From assembly GCA_012295275.1 (NCBI GenBank), contig CM022666.1, forward strand, positions 9,796,001-9,860,000: a stretch of 64,000 bases of DNA. Direction: 5' to 3'. Origin of the DNA: Chrysomallon squamiferum. Its lineage: Eukaryota; Animalia; Mollusca. The notes beneath the pieces were generated by a model. It saw only the letters and a list, made by a program, of their open reading frames with translations. It was not told the DNA's origin and did no database searches. This document shows positions 34,560 through 46,634 of the stretch, piece after piece. The position numbers were made by a program, and so were the translations under genes. How positions within the stretch are numbered: position 1 is the stretch's first letter; each line of letters begins with the position of its first letter.

Positions 34560-35515
34560 AATGAAAAAAAAATTAATCTATTGCGTATAGATATATGTAA
34601 AATCTCAAATACAATTTTGGGGTTAAAAATAAATAAATAAATAAATAAAAATAATTTAAAAATAATTATTTTCATAGATTTTACTCATTAATTTTAAAAA
34701 TAATAAATTAATTTTGTATAACAATTGACATGTAATACAGAGAATGTAATTTTGTTTATTGCCATTTGGATGATTGAAAATATATCACCTAGAAAATACA
34801 TAGAAGATTAAGCTTCATTTATAAAGTGTGACTAACAGTCTTATGACTAATTTAGACAAGATTAGACCTCATTTTTAAATTATATTACATAGTAACATAC
34901 GATATGGTCACATGATCAAATTATCTTGGAAATCGAGACATTATTTACAGCTAAACTAAATAGTGACAACTGGTTAAATAATCATGTGATAAGTACGACA
35001 CTGTTGTTTTAAGAAATATTAATAGAATACACTTATTTGAGACGCTAAATAAAGTTTACTAACGTGAAACTTATTCACTCTGTTATTTCTTTTAGTGCTA
35101 CTTCCTGTTAGATCAGTACTGAAACAATTGCGCAACTCTAAGAAAAACAGTCTATTTAAGCTTTAAAAGTAATTTCCACCCTACTGCAGAGATCCATTCC
35201 ACTGATCGTCGAATTTTCTGAAATTGTATGAATGGAAATAAAACTTCAATATCAGCATTTAACAAAAATACTGTTAACGAAATAGCAATATCAAAAACAT
35301 ACCTATGATATGTCGTTTCTAAAACAGTATTTCGAAATGCCTTCTAAATATTCATTGTTTATTTATAGATATTGTGTAATACGGTTGATATTCATTAACA
35401 TGTCATTGACGTCGACGACACGTGACATATCTTATAATATTAAATAAGTGACAACCGAAACTAAGCAGTTAGTCGGGTTTAGCATCAGTTTTACTTTAAC
35501 ACGAACAAACTGAAG
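34560..35515. promoter_or_regulatory. Divergent (head-to-head) promoter region between PLEKHB and the orphan gene
   Basis: The two ATGs face away from each other about 970 bp apart. Local CpG retention; GACACGTGAC at 35417, AACCGAAACT at 35453, TATA-like at 35433. Confidence 0.55.
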
Positions 35516-35645
35516 ATGAGCTACCTTCCTGGTATGTTAATGTTTATTGTTTTTATTATCATGATTAAACGTGTCGGTTTAAATATCTTGTTGTTGTCCT
35601 TAAAATTCCACATCTTCAAACGGAAGTTAATGTAGAAACCGAGTA

Positions 35646-35720
<75 letters not shown>

Positions 35721-35899
35721 TAACTAACTAACTAACTAACTATGATTAAATATATCATAAAACATGATTTATGGTTACCGTTTTTCGGCTTTGAAAAGTG
35801 GTTTGAGTTGTTAGGTATACGTATAAGATGACACTAACACATATAACTAGGTCTGGAGAGCATTACATTATGCTTTTACATGCAGTTATTAAATATAGA

Positions 35900-35989
<90 letters not shown>

Positions 35990-36632
35990 CGTACTAGTCA
36001 AAACGATTTACTGTTGATATATTTGTATATTAGCTTATGCAGACAATCCCCCATCCTACGAGGAATGTGTTTCTTGTCCTCCTAAAAACCCACCAGAGAT
36101 GTCAGTATCTGCTCCACTACAGCAGCCACCAGAGATGACAACAACTGCACCACCACAGTATACACCACAGATAACAACAACTGCACCACCACAGTGTCCA
36201 CCACAGATGATAACAACTACTCCACCACAAGCTGGTTATGTCTCACCACCTACTGGTTATCCGATGTCCCAGCCAGCGCCCCTTGTTCAAAGCACAACAT
36301 ATGTGACTTGTCCACCTCAAGGAAGGGTGAGTTAATAACCTTAGCAATGATTTGTATATCAGTCATTTAACTTTTAATTATTTTTTGTTTGTACGTAAAT
36401 AGTCACATGTGCATATGTTTGGGAGTGTAGAGCACACACACACGCTAAATATTAATTATGCATTTCAGTGTATGATTAAAGGTGGGACATGCAACTCATT
36501 TGTAATGACACGTCGACATGGAAGGAAGTCAGTTTTTCGTGATCAGTTTGGAGACAAAATGGTGGTAAAAACAGATCGATTTGGAAATGAAAAGATTAAA
36601 ATCAAGGAGGTCAGTAAACATATTTCTTTACT

Positions 36633-36713
<81 letters not shown>

Positions 36714-36837
36714 CTCTCTGTGTGTCTTTCTCTGTCTCTCTGAAATCCATCATATTAAGCTAAATAATCACAGCTGATCTTTTTTCTTATTTTTTTTTTT
36801 GTTCCAGAAAGGACGTCGTCACTGCTTTTGTAACTAA
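35516..36837 (+). CDS. Uncharacterised Pro/Thr/Gln-rich protein with LPxY/PPxY motifs and a basic Cys-terminal tail; 4 exons (35516-35531, 36034-36326, 36469-36609, 36808-36837), 159 aa
   Basis: Donors gtatgt, gtgagt, gtcagt and acceptors tag, tttcag, ttccag give one open 480-nt frame: MSYLPAYADNPPSYEEC...PPQY...CMIKGGTCNSFVMTRRHGRKSVFRDQFGDKMVVKTDRFGNEKIKIKEKGRRHCFCN*. An alternative in-frame acceptor lies at 36043. Confidence 0.78.
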
Positions 36838-38134
36838 AAAAACTGCTGTAGCAACAGCAGTTTTGAACATTTTTCTGACGAGAAATGTTATAATAAAATA
36901 ACAATTAAAACTAATATAAAGGAAAAGAAACAAGTGTAATCCTGCTTTGAAATTACAGGATATGTAGTTATACTTTTAACATTTAAAGAGAAAAGCATCA
37001 ATGTTTATTTCTGTAGATTAGAAGAGTGTGTATTTTTATATGAACTTTCAAAGTAATTAAAAGTTTAATATCTTTCGATATTTTTGTGTATAAACGTTCA
37101 GAAGAGGATACCTTTATCCAGATTGGTTTCAACAGCAACTAATATTTCTAGGTTCGTAAACGTAAGTTAAATTTTTTTTTTTTAAATCTTTATCCAAAAA
37201 TCATCGACTTTAAGAAAAACTACAAAGTTAAAAAAAAGATAAAATTAAGTTGCAACTATATACTGCAATCATCTTGAAAAAGTTAATTTATTTTGTGTAT
37301 AAATAAAGTTTGTTCCTTTATATCTGCTGAAACAAGAGAGTGGGAAAAAATCCTCAAAAGAATCAGTTCGAAATAAAACAACAACAATAATAAACAAACA
37401 CCTAAACAACAACAACAAAAATAAAATAAAATCACCTTAAATTACTGAGGTAAATAACTCTCGAATTAAATAACATGTTAATTAACTTTTTTATTTAATG
37501 GAACATAATTCAGAGCTGCTTATTTTAAGTTCTCAATTAAGAAAAAAAAAAAAAAAAAATTCTGATAATAAACTGTGATGTCTGTCAAACTGTGTTGTGT
37601 TATTTAAAATTAATTCGGTAATAAAGAATTCTTTGAAAAGGAAATTGAATTTCTTTTTCTGAAATAAAATTATAATGTTACGATGAGATATTTTACACAA
37701 ATGTTTAATAAATTTACTGTTCAGTAAACAAACAAACAAATATGTTTGGTTACGTGCGAACATACAAATTCTGATATACCTTTCTTAGCTCGTATAAGAG
37801 TTATAACTAAGAAATCTTAACGCAGTCATGTAAATTTTATATTTAAAAATATATTTTACTTATTGGCGATTTAAATAATATTTTCCCTTCAGGTTCTGTG
37901 ACATGGGATACATTCAACTAGAGTTGTAGTGGTTAACTGTGCAAACAGAAGATTCAGACTAAACATGTTTGTTTACAAATAAAACCATATCCTATATACG
38001 CATGACAAGTGTGTATGAATTATCTTGTATGTGTGCGTAATTCGTGCGTATGTATTTCTTACATCTGAGACTTTTAGCTTAGCATTCATTCATCATATTT
38101 TAATTTTGTAAAAATTATTTTGAAATTTAACTGT

Positions 38135-38219
<85 letters not shown>

Positions 38220-38771
38220 CTACTTATATTTAAAAAAAAAATAAAACTGTTTAATGGCATTTTCTCTATGTGTAATGAAAAATAACTTTCAAATAAAATA
38301 TTCTTACTATGCCAAAATTTTTAAAAGAAGACCAAAAAAGACAACCCATCCAATAAATAAATAAAAAGAAAAAAGTAAAATAAAATAAAAATAAGAAAAA
38401 TAAACCCCAGTAATATTGATAATTATGACAGCTCGAAGAAACAATGTGAAAAGGAAATAACTGTGACGACAATATCATGGCGCTGTGCTATCAGTACGAT
38501 AATCATATATAATAACACTTTTTTTTTTTTTTTTTTAAATAAATAAATAATCAAAATTTTTTTAATAATAATTAAAACGAGTATCGCAGTAAAAAAAAAA
38601 AAAAAAAAAAAGAAGAAAGCAAGAACGACAACCCCCCCAAAAAACATCAACGAAATAAACACACACACACACACACACACATACACACAAATTTGATTCA
38701 TCTATCTGGTGATACTTTAAAATACAAAAAACAACAACAAAACAATAAATAACTAAATAAATAAATGATTC

Positions 38772-38803
<32 letters not shown>

Positions 38804-38894
38804 AAAAGCCTGAAGAAAGTTGAAGACTGAAGGCTCATGCTATATTGTTAAATTGTTTTTACTGGAGAGTGATTTCCCTTAGACTGTTCTTCAT

Positions 38895-39012
38895 GCTATT
38901 ATGACGTCATTGGCATCCATTTGTGCAATCTGTTATTGTTGTTTTTATTTAATGTAGTTCCTGTTAATTCTTTCTAGCACAGATCGGATCATTTATTCTG
39001 AAAGTGGTAAGT
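38895..39012 (+). promoter_or_regulatory. Candidate ARHGEF7 upstream promoter and non-coding first exon (donor after 39006)
   Basis: TGACGTCA (38902) overlapping ATTGG, then consensus donor GTG|GTAAGT at 39007; CpG depletion sets in shortly downstream. Confidence 0.45.
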
Positions 39013-42000
39013 TGTTTTACGAATATAATTAATTTTAAGTCCACATATTATAGTCAGTAGGAAATTAAAACAACAGCAGACAGATGTGCATGTCACATTG
39101 AATGGACTATCATGGACACGGATCAAAAATTTGTACGACAAATTTTTAATATTAAAAGTTTAAAATAATATACATCTCGTTTTAATAAAATTGTACATTA
39201 TCACGAGAAACCAGTACATGATAAACAGATCGTCTGGCTACATGTTTATTATTTTGCTAAAACTAAATAAGTTAAATCGTTTAACACACCTCTGGTCCAA
39301 GTGTTAGTGTTACTTTGTCACCATCACTGCATCAGTCAATCACTGTGACTGTCGCTGAATGTGCACGAGTGAACTGATTAAATTTTAATGAGTCAGATTT
39401 AGAATTTCACCTCATTAAAATTTAATCAATAACATTTGTCAGATATATATCCATTATACTTTAGGTGATGTACACCAAATACTCTACAAAGATTTCCAAA
39501 CATATTTCTCAGCATCATATACTGACCATACTTGAATCAGTCCCAATGTTTAAAATGATTAAAGTGAAATTATTTCTGCTCAGAGTACAGATCATAATTT
39601 CTAACAGTTTGTTTCTCTAGCAGCATTTGTTTGTTATCTTCTATCATGAAAGTTAAGTATGCTAACAATTTTTCATCTTGTATTTTGAAAGTTAATTATT
39701 CTAACACATTCATTTTCATCTTGTATCATGAAAGTTAAGTATACATAAATTTTGTTTTTCAACCTGTATCATGAAAATTAACTATACAATCAAATTAGTG
39801 ACAGCCTATATAGATTCTGTTAAAAAATAAATATTAATTTTAATTTGCTAAAATAGGAAAAGTTGGTATCAAATAGCAAATGAAAGAATAAATGTTTAAT
39901 GACACAAGCATGAGAACAGATTAAGTACTGGGTGTCAGATAGAGATATGAAAATGATTTATATCAAATTAAATAGTAAAACAATATAAAAATTTCAAAAG
40001 TTAATGGAACACAGAGTAAAGTGCTGTACAAAACAATATCATGTTCATATTTTCTAGCATTTATCATCTTTAATATATTTTTCATTTCACAGCATCCTTG
40101 GGTCTGCATGTAAATTATTATTTAGTTTGTTTTATTTAGTATTTTATTTGCCTTTACCAGTGTTAGTAAGATAGTTACTCAGTGAAGTGAAAAATTTTAG
40201 TTTCAAAATGTTGGGATACTTCATATTTTCTGTAGTTAAAACATCATTGAGGGGACATGTGGCAACAATAAAAAATCATTATTTTTTACAGAATTGAAGC
40301 TTGATGGAAAAACCCTCTTTTGTTACCATAAAACTTTAGTACTAGTTTATTTTTTATGACAAATGGTTACTTTTCATTTGGCTTTTTTAATATTATAGTA
40401 CTGCATTTCATTAACTTCTCAAACCCAAACCAGTATGTGTGTTTATCTGTGTGTGTATGTATATATATATATAATATATAATCAAACTACTGGGGTTCAT
40501 CATAGACATGTATTTCTACAAAATAACACAAAGAAATTAGTCTTCGTTTACATACTTCAAAAGAATTAATTAAAAAAAAAAAAAAGTTCTTCATTCATAT
40601 TTTGAAACAACAGAAAGTTGTATAAAGGTTATATAAAACAGAATAGTTAATTTTTCTTTCTGTCATCTTGTAGTAACTGTTTTTAAATACATATATTGCA
40701 AATATAGAAACTGTAGCACAAATAGTTTTCATGCAAATCTTCCCAAAATGTTACGATAGTACAAAAAAAGATTGTTTTATAAACCATAGATCCACTTATT
40801 GCTATGGGGGTGATGTTAAGCATTATTATTATGTGATCTTTGTATATGCACTTCCTTTTACAAAAAACCTGAAACATTTATTTGAAAAATTATTTTTTAT
40901 GTATGTTTATAAATGGTCATATTAAAAACTAAAAATCATTTTTGTTCATTCCCATTTTGTAATTTTTTGCCTACCATTTCCCTTAAGTTTATTGTAGTTA
41001 TGTCCGATAAAGATAAATCTCTTTTATTCCTTGAAGTCTGCAGCAGAAAAACATTTCAAGGCTGTTTGTATAAATGACAGTTAATGAATTATATTAATTT
41101 TGGAATTTTATTAATCTGTTGTGATCAATATTTAAAATTATATACCAGTTAATTAAAAAACAAAAACAAAACAAAAACAAAACAAAAACATACCACTTTC
41201 AAAACACAATGTGTTGAATGAAACTTTCTTTTTTATTTTTATTTTTTTAAATTCCTCAATAAATTTGTTATAATCAGTTATATTTTATTTGTGATGCTTG
41301 ACTTGTAAAAAAAGATATAACCAACTTTAACCCATTTAAAATATTTATGTATATAACTAAAGATAATATAAAAATTATATTTTATTGTAAAAACTTCTTC
41401 ATTTTGTTTCAGTAAAAACATTGGTACACAGTTTTTCTCTTGTTAACTGCTTAGAAACATTTCTAAATATTTATGTTATTCTGTTCCACTAACAAATATT
41501 TCAATATAAAAGGATCACTGTTGCTTATTTAAATAGCCTCCAGTTTCCTTTTGATTTAAAAAAAAAACAGAAAGAAGAAAAAAAAAATTGTTGACCATGT
41601 AGTCAGTGTCATAGCTAATCCTGTTGTTTCAAAGTTGAAAACTTTTAAAATTTAAATAAAAAGAATACCTTTGTTTATTAAATTACTGGGAATTTCAAAT
41701 ATTCTATAACCTCAGCTGATAATATGTAATTTTGATTTTATGTGATCATATTATTGTTAAACAACAAATTTACATATCTTGCAATCATTAATGATATATC
41801 AAACATTTTAAAATCTTATAAAAGCATTCTGCTAATAAAATTATAATTTGTTTTTAATGGCTATTGATTTTATAGATAAATAAAATCCTATTACATCCAT
41901 GGATGAAACTCATTTGTAAAAGATAAAATTTCATGAAGGGTTTTGTATTGTATTAATTTTATTAAGCAGTATTTATTCTACGTAAACTTACACATTATTG

Positions 42001-42425
42001 AAAAGAAATTAAAGTTATAATTTTAAGTTGTTTCAAATCATGAAATAGAAACAAACAAACTCTAATACTAACATCTGAGACTTTTGCCTTACCATTCATT
42101 CATCATACTTTAATTTTGTATAAATTATTAAAAAATTTAATTGTGTTAAATAAACATTAATTTTCTCTTTATTTCTCCTTTTATGTGTTCTTCTTTCTCA
42201 CCTCTTTCAGTGATTCCTTTGTTGTCTTCTTTCCAGCATTTTTCTTTCAGTTTAGTTTTTTCTTCATTTCTCTCTCTTCCTTCATCTTGAATAGCTGTTC
42301 TTCTTTTCTTTGTCTTCCTGTACTATACCTACCTCTTTAACTCCATCCCTATCCTTTCTCCTTACTTTCTCTTCTTTTTCTATGACTGTAACTCACTCAT
42401 TTACTTCATCCCCATCCTTTCTCCT

Positions 42426-42485
<60 letters not shown>

Positions 42486-44777
42486 AGTAATTTTAGTCTA
42501 ACCTGTGCAGAATTCAGTCAGGATAACAGCAGTTTTGTAGCAAATATATTTATGGTTTTGTACAGGTCTGTCTGTAACTTGTTTTCAAAGGAAATGTATA
42601 GTTATTTTTTAATGTGCTATATTTGAAAAGGGTTGATGGAGAAGTTCAAGTCTAGGATGTATTGAAAACAGATGTTAATTAAGTGTGTTGGCTAATATGT
42701 GTCAGGTTCTAAAACACATCACATGACACAGACCACCAGGCCCTGCCAAGTGGTAATTGTAACGACGCCACTAGTAAATGGCTCCAAACTGATATTTGTT
42801 TTAATGAACAGTCATTATGTGGCACTGGAGTGCAGTGAAAAGGTTTTATTAGACTGGAGTCATCCATCCTTCATAGTGGTGGGTTGGTTGTAGTTATACA
42901 ATATGATTTAAAAGTTGTAAATAAAATTTGTATTAACGACACCAAACTTTATAAAATAAACTTAAAATAATAATAATAATAATAACAATAACAACAATAA
43001 TAAATAAATAAATAAACACTATCATTTCAATGTTTAATATAAAGGCTATTTTGAAAAACAAATCGTCATCATCAGCTGATTGAGACTCCCTCATCATAAA
43101 CATATCCAGATCTGCCCCTGATTATTTAGAGTGCTATAGGTTATCTTTTGAATCCAGACTTGAAATATTATGTTTCAGTGAGTCACAGTTTGTAACTGTT
43201 AATATCTAAATAGGTTTGTAGTTCTGTATGTAACTACATATATACATAAACATTAATATATGTATATACACATGCATACATACACATATATAAGTTTATT
43301 TTATTTATAGAAAAAATGTTTGATATTCTTGTTTAATTTGTTAATAGAAAAAAATTTACTGATTTAATGTCATTTGTTTTTAATACCAGTTTTTACTGGG
43401 TTATTTATTTATATATTTATATATTTCTTAATTATTATTATTATTAATATTAATTAATTAACTCAGCATTTTTTAAACTTTTTTTTTATTTCAGCTAAAA
43501 CAAATAAAATTGTTTATTTTAAATAAAGCTGATATTTCTGTAAGATAGATTATTTAACTGCTGCAGTTACCTCACACCTGCACAGTTTACTCTAACTGTC
43601 AGACACAACTCCAAGCTTTATTTCTTCTTCTCTCTATCTCGGTACATTGCCAAGACCAAAGAAATTCTTGGTTCATCCCAAATCTCCTGCTCTGGCATCT
43701 CCAAGCAGCTACTTATCTGTTCTAAATATAGCACTTCCTCTCACCCAGGCATTGATCATTTTGAGCTGCACTTCTAACTTGATAACCATGGCGATTTGAT
43801 CACATATGCTGCTGCTTTTTCTCTGAACTTGGCAAAAGTTGAGAGGTAGATAAGTTGAAGACAGGACACACTTTATCTGCTGTTACTAGCGTCTGTTTCA
43901 ACTTGGTGGCAGACAGCACAGAGCAGTGAATGGACATTTTCGCTTGTTGTGTGTCCTTGTTGCAGAAACCTCTGTTGTGTACTTCATGATTCCTAGAAAG
44001 AAACTCAGTACATTTGTGTGTGATTCCTAAAAATCCCTGATATATTTGTTTGTGATTATTGAAAAAAAACTGATACATTTAGTTGTGATGCCTAAAAAGA
44101 AACATTTGTTTATGATTCTTAAAATAAACAAAAAATACTGATAAATATATTTGTGATTACTTGAAGAAACCAATATATTAATTTTGTTTGTGATTATTTG
44201 AAAAATACAAATTTATTATTCTTGAGAAATTTGTATTTGTGCTTTTTACAAAAATTTGTTTTTCAGACTGTGATTCATAGAAATTGTGAGAAATTTGCTT
44301 GTGATTGTTAGACAAATTGAACGTTTTGTATTTGTAACTGTTTGTCACTTCATTCGTTTTAAGACAAACATTTATTTTTTTGTGCATTGTGTTTTCATTT
44401 TAAAACTGAACTAGATTTCTTTTGTGGAATTTATTTTTAGTGAGAATTTCTTTGTTCCACTGGATTATGTCATTAGTTTTCTGCTTGACTTCCTTCATGT
44501 GATTTTTGTGGATTTATCAGATCATTTCTTAACTGTTTTGGAAGAACTCAGAATAACAACAGCTGAAATATAATTTACAATATATTTGAAATATTTTGAA
44601 GAATAAACCAGAATACTTTTATGTGTAGATAACACACTAGTGATTTTGAACTTTCAGTTACTGATCCAAAATTAAATATTTTAAAGAAAATAAACATTTT
44701 ATATAATGTTTAGTAATGGAAGGTCTATGTAGATACAGTTTTAGTTAATAATTAATTTGAATGTTTTTATTGGCAAA

Positions 44778-45569
44778 ATGAATACATCAGGTGTTGGGAG
44801 TAGTAGTACAGAGTTTGGAGATGATTATATAGAAATTGTAAATGAAATAAATGATTTTATTGCTTCTCTCACTGGTTCTTCAGGAGATTCAGGTGTCACC
44901 AGAAATAGCCAGTCAAGTGGGAGTCCAGTCGAGTACCCACCCGTTTATCCGTCTGTGTACCCCGGTGATAGGAACAAACCTCAGTACAGTCAGCCGTGTT
45001 GTCCAGCTGATGATGCTGTGCAGTGTGACGTTGCAAAATGTCCTGACATTCCAGCTTACGACTTTGTAAACCACATTGGACCTGAAAGTGTTGACAGACA
45101 CTGTGTGGACAGAAGGACATATTTACTTGAACAACCAAACTACCGCCGGGAAAGTGACCATAGCGAGTATACTAGTGATCGTAGTGATTGTGTCAATACA
45201 GTGCCTAGTGATCGAAGTGACTGTGTGAATTCACTGCCTAGTGATCGAAGTGATTTTCAAAACTCATTTACTAGTGATCGAAGTGATTGTCAAAACTCAT
45301 TTACTAGTGATCGAAGTGATTGTCAAAACTCATTTACTAGTGATAGAAGTGATTGTGTCAACTCATTTCAAAGGGATCAGCAGGGTGAAGAAAACAACAG
45401 TTCAGAAGATGACTATGAACCAATAGAATCTCTACCACCAATTCCAACAGTGACCCCGCTTGTACCACCCCCACTACCCCCGCTCAGACCAAAGTTCAGA
45501 AAGATGTCTGACGGACCCCCAAAATACGTCAAAGCATTGCACACATTTAAGGGATCAAATAATGATGAG
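44778..45569 (+). CDS. ARHGEF7: ARHGEF7 long first coding exon (242-aa extension + SH3 start; internal Met at 45504)
   Basis: 792-nt open frame ending NNDE|gtgaga. The 45504-45569 part is certain; the extension is inferred from the uninterrupted ORF. Confidence 0.75.
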
Positions 45570-46564
45570 GTGAGATTAAATATTTCTTTTATTTTATTAA
45601 TATTTAAATATTTCATTTATTTGATTAATTATTTTGTTTATTTTATTGACATACAAATAGATTTTTATGTTGTAAAGAGTTGCGTTACTATATACAAGTT
45701 ACTCTATGTTTTGTAGACACAGAAATAATTTAGTATTTTTGATCAAATGTATTTTTTAAAATTAATATTTTTGTTAGTGTCTGTTTATGCATGCCATTAT
45801 TTACAAAATGTGTTTGGTTTCCATCTTTATTCAACCATTTCACAAGAGCTGACATAACAAAAATGTCACAGTATGTCAAACATCAGGATAAAGTGTGTAT
45901 TACATGTAGTAGATAACATGTTAAAGTTATAATATCCAGCTGAATATTACATGTAGTAGATATCATGTTAAAGTTATAATACACAAATGTATAGTACATG
46001 TAGTAGATAACTTGTTAAAGTTATAATATCCAGCTGAATATTACATGTAGTAGATATCATGTAAATATAATATACAAGTGTATAGTACATGTAGTAGATA
46101 CCATGTTAAACTTATAATATACAAATCTGTAGTACATATAGTAGATAACATGTTAAACTTATAATGTAGAAGTGTGTAGTAGATATAGTAGATAACATGT
46201 TAAACTTATAATATGCAAATGTATAGTACATATAGTAGATAACATGTTAAAGTTTTAATATAGAAGTGTTTAGTAGATATAGTAGATAACATATTAAAGT
46301 TATAATATAGAAGGGTGTAGTACTTATTTACATAAAGCTGTGATAGGGGTAGGATATGGACTAGATAAAGTATGATGTTTATCAAAAGTAATAAATGAGG
46401 ATGTTATCAGCGTCTCACTGGATGGACTCAGCACTGAAATGGATATCTGTAGCTGAGTTAAAACTTCACTAAAACTTTAGCTTTCTTATCAGTGTCTGTC
46501 TGTCTGTCTATCTTTTCTCACACTTCTAACTGTCAGGCAGAGATTTATTAAAATGTATATCAGA

Positions 46565-46634
<70 letters not shown>

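Noticed and set aside
39880-40040. Possible SINE-like fragment (AATGTTTAATGACAC...TACTGGGTGTCAGA)
   Set aside because: Vague resemblance to a dispersed repeat only; no boundaries, TSD or second copy in the window.
43560-43800. Protein-like frame (YLGTLPRPKKFLVHPKSPALASPSSY) upstream of the long ARHGEF7 exon
   Set aside because: No start codon or phase-compatible donor found and the frame ends in a stop; more likely UTR or promoter sequence.
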